Notes under the pieces: model-generated | What the model was told of the DNA's origin: nothing | Database searches by the model: none | Seen by the model: only the letters and a program-made list of their open reading frames with translations | Program-made: the position numbers and the translations under genes | In this document: in pieces, positions 23,581 through 35,828 of the stretch | Numbering within the stretch: position 1 is the stretch's first letter | Layout: every line of letters starts with the position of its first letter | Source: Trichodelitschia bisporula | Taxonomy: Eukaryota | Direction of reading: 5' to 3' | Assembly (NCBI GenBank): GCA_010356995.1 | Contig: ML996701.1 | Span: 248,001 to 301,677 of the forward strand | DNA: 53,677 nucleotides

Positions 23581-23940
23581 CTACTCCGCCAGCTTCACCT
23601 GCAACACGTCGCGCCCAACACCGCCTCCCCGCTCAATCATGTTGAGCACAGCCTCGCAGTTATCGTCCGTGACGATGGTGGTCTGCGGCCAGATCTTGGG
23701 ATCACGGCCTTGGGCGCCCCATACCACCTTCAGTTCCGCCACCTTCCCCCCTCCCTCAGCCTTGTATTGGCTCATGAACTCTTTGCAGTTGGGGGACGAT
23801 GACATAAGGCGCTCGATCTCCTCCGTAAGATCGCTGTAGGAAGCACCGGTGCTGACGATGAATAACTCATGGCGTGCCGAGTTGATGATGTTAAAGAGGA
23901 CGGGAATTTCCGAGGCCGGAGTCGCGGATTTCTTAACCAT
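23581..23940 (-). CDS. Small hypothetical protein (119 aa), possibly beta-grasp/PB1-like
   Basis: ATG in good context, globular composition, alternating strand/helix pattern, and it sits in an otherwise gene-free interval. Confidence 0.7.
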   Translation of the reverse strand: MVKKSATPASEIPVLFNIINSARHELFIVSTGASYSDLTEEIERLMSSSPNCKEFMSQYKAEGGGKVAELKVVWGAQGRDPKIWPQTTIVTDDNCEAVLNMIERGGGVGRDVLQVKLAE

Positions 23941-24270
23941 GATGACCGACGTGAAATGCTTGAAGTTGCGTGAATAGTGTGGGGCTTGTCTTGTTAGTTT
24001 CTGTAGATGAGATGCTCCAGTAGAATAAGGAATTAGTCGACCATCAAATAGGCGGAGGTTTTATTCCTGTTTAGCTTGCTTTGGGCAAGGCTCGCCCTTT
24101 TCCCCATCAACGGAACACAATACGTCAGGCCGCAGATCCCGACCACACATTATTGGCCAGAACTACCAAGGAGATCCTCGATGGTAGCGTCAGCACATGG
24201 CCCCCTGCCTGAAACACCATCGCTTCGCCAAGTACCCAAAGACCCCATCATCAACTAAATAAATCCCCCT

Positions 24271-26356
24271 TCAGAGAGACGTGCGAGACTCCTTCGCCTT
24301 ACCCAAGGCCAAATTAGAATTGTGCGCTGAAGCGCGCTCCTGTTCCTCCTTCTCCTGCTGCTCCCGTTCTGCCCGCTTCTTCTCAATCTTTTTAATGGCG
24401 TTGTCCGTCAACTCTTGCCTGAACATCCGCTCCAATACATCCTTCTTCCGCGTCTTCCGGTCACCAACCATGATTATAACACCAGCCGTGATATTGCATG
24501 TGATCGAGCAGCAGAGAATAACCGTCGTCAACGCAAACGGTCGCACATGATAATCGATAGCCCAAGTGCAAGTGCCGAGCGCAATCTGCAGCAGGGAATG
24601 GCAGTCCAAGAGTATTACGATAGCGACGAGTAGATGCAGCGGAAACGCAAAATGGGTTTCCGTCTCATGCGGCTTGTAGAAGGTGTGCGACCTGCTGAAC
24701 TTCGTCTGGTGGTGCATGAGCTTACGCTGCTGTTCGGGATTCAGAACCGAAAACTCCTCGAGGCTGTCCTTGCTGTCCAGTTTTTCGATGTCAACCTCTT
24801 CCTCGCGCTTCTCGGGCAGGTCGTTGTGGTCCTCAAGCTCTGGAAGCTGTCGCTTGCGTCTGCGGCGCATGGTGACATGGTGGTAGTGCGCGATGAACAC
24901 CATGTGGTAGGTGTCGACTGCGCGGAACGGCGCAAGTCCGTCGCCCATGACGGCGAAGAGGGCCACCAGAACATTATCGATTACGTTGATGATGTACAGT
25001 CGGCGTGAACCGAGATCAATCCAGCCTAGAACATCAGCTCTGTACTTGTCGTGGAGATGATGCGAGACTCACCGATCAAAAACAATACCCAGGCCAAGCC
25101 GAATAGGGTAATCAATGTAGCATACAGAGTCACCAAGAACCCCAAAGCTGCGGCAGTTAGCGGAGTTAACGGCGGTTCGCAGTGGGCAATGCTTACGTCT
25201 TCGTACGTACTGCCCAAATCCTTGCATGCTGCGCTTGAATGCCTCCCGGCGCGAATGCAGCGCGTGCCTAACGTGGTCGTTCAACTCATCCTTCTCCGCC
25301 GCACTCCAACCCTCCAGACTCTTTCCATGTGGCAAAACGGCATAGCGCGACTCCGTCATCACCGATGTGATGGTACTGATGTGGGCCAACGGAGGCCTCG
25401 GCACAGTTTCATCCTGCTCCCTCGTTTCCACCTGTTCGAGCTCCGGCTCGGGCTCCGGTTCTGGGGGCTCGGGCGCCGGGGGTTGCACAGGAACGGGTGT
25501 TGGGCGCCCGGGAGCCGTCCCAGGACGATTCGGGTAGCGATTGAGGGTGTACGTAGGCCGGCGATTAACGAATAAACCAAGATTGGGAATAAAGAGCGAA
25601 TTTTGTACGTTTGTGAGCGTCGACAGCGTAGAGACCTCGGGATCTACACTTAGTTAGCAACCCCTCAGTCAAAGCTGCGTCCCAGAACTCACCAATCGTG
25701 TCCAACACATCCACCAAGCGATTATTATACTCCTCTTCCTCATCAGCATTAACTGACCCCGTAGGCGCGCTATTGCCCTGTGAAACCGGTCGTCGACGCA
25801 GTGCCGAACGCGCCGCAACACTCGCGCGCCGGAACCTCCCACCCCCATTCGCAATTCCGCCCTCATGCGTCGGCTGTGCCTGTGCGTTCAATTGAGCGAT
25901 CTGGTTCAGCGTGAGCGGCTGTTCCTGCGTTTCGCTCGAGCTCAGTTCTCGAATCGGCGGCATTGCGTTCGTAACGCCAGCGCCCCGCGCTGGCGGCGGC
26001 AATGCATCGGGCTGTTTAAGCCATTGCGGACGCTGGGGCTCCGAGCTGCTTCTCCGACGACTGGTTTCGGGCTCCGGACTTGGTGTGGGTGTGGGTTCGT
26101 GGCGGGTGTGCATTGTGGTAGATGAGACGCGGCGTAGCCCGATGCTGGGCCGTGACGGGGCTTGGTTCCTCAGCAGCAGGAAGTGTGGTCGGCGTGGAGA
26201 GGAGTTAGGTGCTGCGGAAGCGGTTGCCGGACGTGGAGGAGAAGCGGACGCTGGCCGTCCGGCCGATGGACTGGCCGTCGAGGCGATGCCATCGCGAGGT
26301 GGAGAGTCCGGTGCGTGAGGAGGGAAGTCCGGTGCGTTTGGAGTGGAAGGCTCCAT
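24271..26356 (-). CDS. Integral membrane protein, DUF2985-like; introns 25644-25692, 25148-25196, 25026-25072
   Basis: The spliced product has 'VDVLDTI|DPEVSTLSTLTNVQNSLFIP', TM block 'GFLVTLYATLITLFGLAWVLFLI|GWI', 'FYKPHETETH' and 'LLDCHSLLQIAL'. Canonical introns. Confidence 0.8.
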
Positions 26357-26814
26357 GGGCGCAGAGGTAGAGGTGGTCAAAATTTTAAGCAGAGAAGTTG
26401 AAGGGAACGAGGTGTCAGTGTTAAGAAACAAGACGCTTCGCACGTCAGGGCGGCAAAGCAGAGTTGATAAGCAAAAGCGGGAATCGTCCAGTGCCGTGGT
26501 CAGCACGTCGCTCATGCAGCCAGCGCTGCGGGTTGGTGTACGGTACTGTAGGACGGAGCCACCCATGCGCCACACAATCTGCTTCGGAGTGCCGAGACAC
26601 ACCAATCGGCGCGCCGTTACTAAGCCTGGGTCATCCACCTACGTAGTAGTACGTGATACTTGGCGAGACCTGTTCCACAAGTTTTATCCAACTTCATTCT
26701 TACGTGTTGGCCCGTCACCTGCATTCACTTCATGGCTTCTCTGCACCTATTTCATGCTTCAGTATTTACTCCGTAAGAATTCATCATGCCCATATCCTAG
26801 TTACAAATGCCACA

Positions 26815-28527
26815 CTATTCATTGTAGCAGTGCTTTTCGAAGCAGCCCTTACACACCAAAGGCAGCGACGTCGTCGCCTTCGACAGAATCGCACATGACA
26901 AGCACGAAGGCCACTCCGGATCTCCGCCCTGGAGGGCAATCTGCGCGCCATTCTTGATCATAGCAGCCGTCTCGTTCTTCGCGTACTCGAACTTAGACGA
27001 TGCCAGGTTGCTCTCCGTTGAGTAGCCGACATTCGGCATGAACACAATCGTCATCTTGTCCGGCCGACCACAGCCGAAGAACGTCGCCCGTTTGGCCAGG
27101 CCCTTCTCCGTCCATGTCTTCTGGTCTGGAATAAACGGCATGCGAGTGAGGCCCGCGGCCTTCGCCTGGTCGTACGTGTGAATGATCTCCGTTCCGTTGG
27201 GCCAGTTGTCATCCGTGTCCGCGGAGTTGTCGTTGACGAGCAGAACATCTACGTTGCGGTGCAAGAACGGCCAAATGGGGTTGTTCTGGTTTGCTGCAGC
27301 ACGTTAGCAACCGAGGCGCAGCCACTTCGTCATACTGCTCAGAAGCTTACCTTGCCCCCCGTCAGCGAGGTACAATTCTGATTGGGAGGAGACCTTTGGT
27401 GAGCCTGGATACCCGCGGAAGGGATTCGCATAAGGGGCGAAGAGATCTCGCCGCGTATAATTATGGGTTAGCTTGACCAGCGGATCCAGCGTGGAGGCAA
27501 TAACGGAAATCAGCGCCTCCCCACAGCCTTCGTTAAACTTCGACGACGACGTGCCCAGGATGTAACCCAAGTTGTCGTAGTTGCGCGTACAGAAGTCCTT
27601 CTTCACCGGCTTCCCATTGTTGACCTGCGTGCCCAAATACTCCGTCGGCGTAAAGGCGGCGATACCGCCGTCCCAGCTCCCAAACTCGTACGGATGGAAC
27701 TCATACTGGGTAGCATCGTCCGCCGGCTCGCAATTGGCGCTCGTGATGTCCGGGATCCCAAGCGCAGTTATAATGGGGTACGGCGCCTTGTGGTTCCTGA
27801 ACCCGCGGCTCCTCCGGATGTCAGACAGAGTCTTGGTCACACCTCCATCGCGCCCTTTCAGCAGCTGATAGGAGAGAAAGCGACCCCAGACGTCGGCCGT
27901 CGTGGCTGGGAAGCTGGTGCGTCCTCGGGCCAGAATATCTGCCTTAACAGCATTGTATTCCGGCGCGGTCTCGGTGTTCGTCGGATACAGGCTGTTCTTG
28001 ACGAGCGCGTTCTCCCACAGCTCCTCCTGCAGCGTGCTGATCGTCTCCTGGTCGTTGCCGGCCAGCGAAGACAGTAGCCACGCTCCCCCAGAGAGACCAG
28101 AATGGTATGTGAGCGCCTGGTACAGGCCATTTGTCCAGTCGTCACTGTCTCTTTCGTCCAGGGCCTGCACGAAGCCCGCACCCAAAAGCATCGAGCGGTA
28201 GCCACCGCCGCTGGTCGCCAGAGCAAGCGTCGGCAGATTGCGCTTCGAGAACTTGGTGGTTTGGTTCGACCGTTCGTTGATGTTGTCGAGCCAGTCACTC
28301 AGTGCCTGACTAGTAACCCGCTTCCGGCGGTCGATGTACTGCTGCTCCCCGGAAGACAGGCCGCGCGCCGAACGGACCAGCGAGCCCCGCGGGCATCTTG
28401 ACGTGAAAGGAACGTAGCGCGACGAAACCGACGAGGATGTGTTCTGCGCGGCGGTAGACAGCACAAGGGCGAGGAGGGCGACTACATAAACGAGTGACTG
28501 TGGGAAAATCCCACCATGTGAAAACAT
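26815..28527 (-). CDS. Secreted lysophospholipase / phospholipase B (PLA2_B family); intron 27294-27350
   Basis: Signal peptide, 'TSGGGYRSML', lipase Ser motif 'GLSGG', 'YEFHPYEFGSWD', 'LADGGQ|ANQNNPIWP', and a Cys-rich end 'C.GCFEKHC'. No obvious GPI tail. Confidence 0.92.
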
Positions 28528-30286
28528 GATGATCTGCTATGCCGGCTCAAAAGTCTCAACCTGACGATCCAATGCGGGGAGGTTGCGGTTATAAAAGCCC
28601 TCTCGATCCACGGATCGACGCCAGACACGTTCCTGACGGCATGTACGGGCGATTCCTGTCAAATTGGGACCGACGGACTCGTGGAATCTCAAGCGCGCGG
28701 GATTGGCTTGCCGTTGGGGGTGCTGTGAGTTCGACGTCAATGCGCAGATCTTTATTGTGAGGAGGTTTGTCTTCGCCGCGAATGTTTAATCTATCCGGGA
28801 AAACACTATGCGAGGCGCCCACCGACATATTTCAACAGTTCAACTTCGGTCATCTAGTTACCGATTTTCCCCGGAACCGGCTGGAAGCCGATGTAGGGGT
28901 GGGGTAAGAGGCTTGACAGGACATGCCGTGCATGCCTCGTGGTACCTGGGGTTGGTGACGGCCGCTGCTGAGGTACCGATGAACCACATATCATCACTGG
29001 GGTACAGTGATCGAAGGCGCCAAAGTGCCTCAATTACGGCGATTACGAGTTGCTCTTTGCTGTTGGGGTATTCCCGGAGACATTTTTTTAGAACATTTGA
29101 ACCAAATATTGGGAACTTTGAGGAGTTCTTGATGATGTGGGGCGTGGTTCGGATGTTGAAGTCCGTCACTCTCTTGACTCGGCACACCCTCGTGATCGAC
29201 TTCACTCCTGCTAGATTTGGTCAAGCCTGGAATTTGCAAGGAACTCTAGCATCTAGAACTACCGTAGAAGACCCAAGTCTACGGCAATGACGTGCTCTGC
29301 GTGAATGTAAAGATCAAGTCCCAGAAAATGCAATAGGTCACGTGCATCGGTGCAAGGCTGAGAACGACAAGAAGTCGACTCCACATCAACAAGAGAGTGC
29401 CAAGAGCTGTAGCCTCAATACTCTGCTAGGGGTTTGATATGACAAACCTCCGATGGTTTGCAACAACTCCTTTACATCGATGAGGTTACCAATCCACATG
29501 TGTAGATGGAACTGAGCCCGACATGTCTATCAGATTGCTGTTTGAGACAGCCCGATTCAGAAAGCAGCAGACTACAGCGATCATAATGGTGTAGGTATGA
29601 TGCGGGTTTGCCTCTAGAAGAAGCCTAACCAATATACCGTCGTCTAACTTGGAGAAGGCGTGCGAATGAGAACGCGATGGAGCGGCGTCGATGGATCGAT
29701 GATCGGTATATAAAGTGAAGAGACTGGACATCTCCTAAGCGCTATACCTTCAAATTGGTATGTAGTAACGGAAGCAACTCGTAGCCATCTCGTCGAGCCA
29801 GTTCTTGCGTCGGCCAGCAAACGAACAACTTCGTTGCCTCAGTAGTGGTCTTTCTGTCCCAACTCAACACAATATATAAGTTCGGACAACACAGTGGCAG
29901 TATATGCCGTAGTATCAAGGGCCAAGATGGCGACGCTGCGCGAGCTCTCCGGGCCAAGACTGGCACTCAGTGCCTCTAGTTGCCTCATTCGGAAGTCCAA
30001 GCTCGTTGACAATGGGAAGACTTACGCCGACAATAGCACAATAGCAACTAGCTTGTCAAATGTCAGCATAAATTCCACCACCACGACCTCCAAACGATCT
30101 CTGTACATCCACACTCTCTGCACTGCGAACAAAAGATTCGCAAACATCTCGCTTCGAACCATCTCACCTCGAACATCACCACCACCCACCACCACTACCA
30201 CCACCAACGACACCAAAAACCTCTCATCACAGCAACCCCTTCACCACAACCAATAACACCTTCAACCTCTCATCACAACAGCCAAT

Positions 30287-30839
30287 ATGGGCTCCTTCTT
30301 CTCTCTCGTCCCACCCCCCGCCCCCCCCTTCACCATCGTCGACCAATCCATCTTCAACCGCCCAGAACCCACCCCATCCCTCCTCACCCCCCCCCTCCGC
30401 GCTCGCGCCCACAACTACCTGCACGGCCGCCGTCCCCGCAAAGCGCGGGACATGTTCAAGCCACGCAAACAACACCCCAAGCGCCACTCACTGCACGACA
30501 GCGTCGTCCTCTTCCACGCCGTAAGCCCCCCCTTCTCCCACACCTCCCTCCCCTCCCCCTTCCAAACACCCACCAGCTAACCCCCCACAGATGATGAACC
30601 TCAACCACGCCGTCCCCGCCCGGCTCCCGCGCAACAAAGTCCTCCTGTACGGGGACCTCACGAAACGCATGCAGAAGGTGGTGCACATGCGGAACAAGAA
30701 TGGGCCGATTAGGATGCCTGGCTTGGCGGCGCGCCGCAGGTTGAGGAAGATTGAAGCGAGGGCGAGGGAGAGGAGTGAGCCCGTGATGTGGAAGATAAGT
30801 TGGGCGCCGTGGAGGAGTGGGGATTTTGAGCATTTCTAG
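30287..30839 (+). CDS. Orphan basic protein (about 160 aa); intron 30521-30590
   Basis: Two ORF pieces are joined exactly in phase by GTAAGC..GCTAAC..CAG. C/A-rich leader typical of genes here. No family recognised. Confidence 0.6.
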
Positions 30840-31143
30840 ATGGTGAGTGGGTCTCATAGGTATGGTAGGGAGATGCTGACTTGATTAGGGGCGCGAGCGA
30901 CGGGGGACATAGGGAGCGATCTGATCTGGGATAACGGACGTTAGCGGCATCTAGCTGGCGTTATGAGGGGGTATGAGCGACGACTGGCGTGGATATCACG
31001 CCTTTATCTTCTGTTTGTTGTATGAATAGGGGCCTTGAGGGGCAGGATACAGGGAGCGTAGCAATATAATCATCTCTATTTTCAACTCTGAACTGCTGAG
31101 CCACACGACCTCAGTAGCTGCCCTGAGATCGATACTGCGTAGC

Positions 31144-32647
31144 TCAGTTAAGGGGTATGTCAAACACCAGGCTCACACCACTGTACACCGTTAGCAAATC
31201 CACATCAAACCTCAGTCAAGGGAACAACTCACTCATCACCAGCCGTAACAACCCTCCCCCCATCCGCACTCTGCACAAAACCCAGAATCCCACCTCCTTC
31301 ACCCCCCCCCAAATGTCCCTTCCACTCCCCCACAAGCCCCTTCCCCGGAGCCGCCGTCCCCCCCCTCGCATCCCACCTCCGGATGACACCATCATTCCCC
31401 GCCGTCGTCAGCAACCACCCATTCTTCCCCCCAGCCCCCGCCTTCACAAATTCAGCCCGGATAACCGCCTCCCCCTCATGCGCATCCTCAATCTTCCGCC
31501 GAATGGCAAACCGTCTCGCAACATCAAAAATCGCAATCGTGCTATCCACCCCCCCAGCCGCAAGCAACGTAAGCGGCGGATCGGAAAACGACAACGACTC
31601 AACGCTCTCCGCATTAGCCTGCAAACTCGCCAGAATCTGCCCCATCTGCCCGCCCGCCGGCGCCGCGCCCTTCGCCCCCTTCGCGGGCTTCCCCGCCGCC
31701 GGGGCACCCAACTTCGGCAACCCGACAACACGGATCAATCCGCCTGCACCACCAACCGCCGCCAACGTCCCACCGGGCGAAATAGCAACGCTGTACAACC
31801 CGCCCTCGACGGCAAACCGATCATCCTCGCCCGTCAACCCAACAATATGCTGCGTACCCGGCGTAGCGACGCCCGCCGCCGCGGCCTCGCCCCACACGTC
31901 CCAGACGTAGAAGCTAGAATCTTCAGATACCGTGGCGAGGAGGTTGCCATCGGGCGTCCAGGCGCCGGCCGTGCTGGGTCCCGTGTGGAGGTAGTACGCC
32001 TGGGCGATGGTGAGCGGGGAGTTGGCGTCCGCGGCGTTGAGCTCGTAGACCCAAACGCTTCCGTCTGAGGCGCCGAGGGCGAGAGCGTTCGGGTGGGACG
32101 GGGACGGGCAGGCCGCTAGCCAGTTTATTTCTTCGACTTCGGAGGCGGAGGCGAGGAAGGTCCAGGTGCGGGCGTCGAGGGATGCGTTGTGGTATACGCG
32201 GAGTTGCCCGTCGAGGCCCGCGGTTGCGACGTACTCGCCCTTGGGGAGGGTGAAGGCGATGGCGTTGACGCTGTCCGTATGCCCATCCAATTTCGCGATA
32301 CGCTCGAGACTCTTGCGCTCCCTGGGTTGCGGGTCAGATTCGTAGCTGCGCGGCAGAAGGGGCGACGGCTCGGGCGTGCTGTCGAAGATGTAGGCGACGT
32401 CGTCACCGCCGCCCGTGGCGACGATGGCGGGGTTGGCGGGGTGCTGGGCGATGCAGAAAATGCTATCCGTGTGGCCGTCAAAATGGGCTGCGCTGTCGTT
32501 TTGCAGGGGAATGACTTCGTCCTCGTCGCCTGAGTCCATGGCTATGTCGCCGTCGTCTTCGATTTCTTCTTCTGCTTCCTCTGGGTCGAGCATGGCGTCT
32601 TCTTCTTCGTTTTCGCGCTCGTTTTGCGCGGGGTCGCGGGAGGACAT
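31144..32647 (-). CDS. SQT1: WD40 ribosome assembly protein Sqt1 (Rpl10 chaperone, AAMP homolog); intron 31181-31232
   Basis: Acidic N-terminus then 'LQNDSAAHFDGHTDSIFCIAQHP..ATGGGDD', several GH..WD repeats, and end 'VVTAGD|DGVSLVF'. Confidence 0.88.
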
Positions 32648-33183
32648 TGTGTAGGGATTGATGGGGGTTGCGGTTGAGTGCTGAGGGAGGAGAAGCCGAG
32701 AGAGCTGCTTATAAGACTCTCGTTGAAGGGTATTTCTCAGCGTCGAAGACGTTAGAGCGCGGTGTTTTGAACTTCTTCGCTGCTTAGAAATTGTTTCCCT
32801 TAGGCCCGGGTGTTCACCAAAAGCCGCCCGGGGGAGGGGGGGCAAGATGCGCCGCTGCACGTATCGACATCCCTGTACGTCATCCTGCTCTTCATCCTGC
32901 AGACTAAAGCTAGCGACGCAACGTGCTCCATAGATTAATGCTCATTGCTCTTCGGAAATACTTCTCGATGGCGATGACTTCCGAGTGACATTCAGCCCGG
33001 GGGCTCAATAACCTGCCTCACTGGGCACAGTGGGAGACGCCACCCTTGGCCGATCCAAGTACCCCGCAAGTATCGCCGACCTCATGTATATAAGTACACG
33101 CCGGGTCAACGACAATGAAGGACTTACAGGATTCACGAGTTGAGGTACTTGAGCCTGAACGCCGATCGTCACTCAGCCTCGCT

Positions 33184-34148
33184 ATGGCCCGCCAAGTCAT
33201 GTCGTGGACAGCAGTCCTCTGCTTCGCCTGGACGCTCTTCACCTTTACGCCTAGCACAACATCGTCACCTCTTTCAGCCGGCTTCTGTTCAATTGAGGAG
33301 CAGCATGTCCTCTCCTGCTCCAATTCCAGTCTAACTGCCAAATCCTGCTGCACGGAGACGCCGGGAGGATTGATGATTCTGGCCCAAATGTACAGTTGGG
33401 AGCCTGCCCTGGGACCTGGTGATACGTGGTTGATGCACGGCTTATGGAACGATTATTGTAATGGTAACAACCTTCATAAGTAACTTCACTACTGCAATGC
33501 TGACCCGACCGTCACCAGGCTCCTATCCCGCCGACTGCGACCCCAAGCGCGCCTACACCGACATCCCCAACCTCCTCTCCTCTCACCACCAAAAACCCCT
33601 CATCAAAGCCATGGCCAAGTCCTGGAAGGTAAACACAACACCAACCCCAACCTTCCCGACTAACACGAACACAGAACGACCCCCCCATAACCGGCGTAAA
33701 CGGCACCTCCCCCGACCTCTGGGCCCACGAATGGTCCAAACACGGCACCTGCATGAGCACCCTCTCCCCCGCCTGCTACCCGCACTACGCACCCAAACTC
33801 GAAGCCGTCGATTACTTCAAAACCGCCTTCCAGCTCTACCTCACGCTCCCCACTCACGACTACCTGTCCGACTGCGGGATCGTGCCGTCGGCCTCGGCTA
33901 CCTACGACCTAGCCGACATCCAGTCGTGCTTGGTGTACGCCACGGAAGCGCTGCCGCGGGTTGGGTGTGATAAGAACGGCACGCTGAATGAATTGTGGTA
34001 CGTTTATCACTTGCGCGGGCGGGTACCGCATGGGCGGTTTGAGGGTACTGATAGCCCGACGAAGAGTAATTGTCCCGCGCACGGGGTCAAGTATCTTCCC
34101 AAGGCGAGAGCGAAGACGGGGAGCAAAGAGGCAGGGAGCAAACTATGA
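33184..34148 (+). CDS. Ribonuclease T2, secreted; introns 33464-33518 and 33629-33674
   Basis: Signal peptide, 'SCC.ETPGGL', CAS I 'WLMHGLWND', CAS II 'LWAHEWSKHGTC', and 'LNELWY'. Confidence 0.92.
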
Positions 34149-34349
34149 TTATGTACCCAAGAACTACACAACTCGGCGCAGTGCCAGCGAGTGTGTGACC
34201 CAATCTACATACATCCGCCCAAGGAACAACCGAGCGCAGAAAAAACAAACGACAGCCCGATGACCAAACCCAATCCATCTTTACACCAACACTCCGCCCG
34301 CCCGTCCATAAAATCAGACAAAACACACCAGCAACCAACATCACCCCCT

Positions 34350-35828
34350 CTACCGCCCAGCAGGCGCCTCATACACCGGCTGCCCAGCCGTATTATGGGT
34401 CGGCACAGCCCACGTATTCCCCAGCTCTGCAGGAGCTTGCTGCTGCGGGTACTGCTGCGCGCCCTGTCCCTGAATGGGCGAGGGCTGGTAGCTCTGCGGC
34501 GGCGGGCTCTGCGTCGGCGCACTCAACTCGCTGGGCGGGGGGCTCATCGGCGGGCCCGGAACCAGCATCCCATTCGGTCCTTGCTGCATCGGCTGCTGCG
34601 GAGCCTGTTGATACGGCGGCAGGATCGGGGAGACGGAGGACTGCGGGTACTTTACGTCTTGCGACGCGTCTGGCGGCTGGTAGTAGGAGACGCGGCCGTC
34701 GGTGGGTTGTTGTTGGTATTGCGGTTGGCCGTTATACTGGGGCTGTTGCTGTTGCTGGGGGGGTTGTTGCTGTTGCACTTGGGCGTAGGCACCGCCGTCA
34801 GTGGGGGCGGGGGGACCGGACTGCCCCATCGCCGCGCCGGCGGCGGGTTTCTCGAATTGCTTGTTGCGCCGCTTGCGCATGCAGAAGATGAGCAGAAGGC
34901 CGGCGATGGCGCCAAGGACGAGCAGGCCCGCGATCACGCCGCCGACGATGGCGCCGATGCTCGTTTTCTTATGCGGGACGGGGTCGGGCCTGATCGGGAG
35001 CGGAGTGCCACCGGGGGGGGTGGTAGTCGTCGACACGGGGCCCGTGGTGGTCGAGGAGAGCTGGAAGCCCGGCGTCTTATCGCCGCTTTTGGAGGGCAGG
35101 TCGATGATAGTGTCTCCGCTGGCACTGGCGCTGCCGCTGGACTGGAAGACCTTTTTCCACGCGACGGAGCTCGTTTGGCCGAGGAAAGTGGTCATGAAGG
35201 GATCGAATGTGCTGAGGAAGGTGGAGGCGCAGGAGTAGAAACCCATGTTGGCGCTGGGGACGGAGTAGCTGAAGCAGTAGGGGTAGTTCGAGTTGGTGCT
35301 GTGCGGGTTAGGGGTCTGGATGACTTGACTGTGTTGACGTCCTGCTGACATGCGTTATCGCAGAGGGATGAGGAGTAGTACCCCTTGTACCCGATGCAGT
35401 CGCCCATGAACGTGCAGGCTTCGCGTGCGGTGTCGCAGCATCCCATGCTGAACACGCCGCTGCCGAGGACGGCGGCGCAGACTTGCGTTGTCGCGCACGT
35501 CTTGCTTGCGCCGATGGAGCCATGGACGAAGCCGCAGGTGTTATCCGGGGCCAACTGGGTCGCGTTAGCATCAATGGGTCCAAACTCGCTAGCTCGTGGA
35601 GGGGAGGCCTACGTAGCCGATGACGCTCTGGTCAGCACGCTTCCTGAGATCCGGGTCCCGGGCGCCGAACAGCGAGGGCCGGTCCGTGGGCTTGGGCGTG
35701 AAGCCGCGCAGGTCAACACCACCGACGAGCGGGTCTGTAGGTCTGGGTTGTGGGGGGGCGATGGCGGAGACCAGGCGGAGGAGGGCGAGTGCCGTTGCGG
35801 CTTTACTTGTTGAAGAAAAGGAAGACAT
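34350..35828 (-). CDS. Single-pass membrane protein: signal peptide, Cys-rich ectodomain, S/T stalk, TM, P/Q-rich tail; intron 35555-35612 and an anomalous junction at 35299-35324
   Basis: 'APDNTCGF..MGCC..C...C.......CDNAC', TM 'IGAIVGGVIAGLLVLGAIAGLLLIFC' followed by RKRR, and a tail ending 'PAELG..VYEAP'. Confidence 0.75.

Noticed and set aside
28600..30150. Lower-GC interval with 115-160 aa ORFs, considered as a transposon relic
   Set aside because: No terminal repeats, transposase or RT motifs, and no clear RIP signature visible.
34191..35348. Long antisense ORFs (also 21274-22437, 31157-32068, 41166-42353, 48873-50423)
   Set aside because: Shadows of real GC-rich genes on the opposite strand; stops are scarce because of codon bias.
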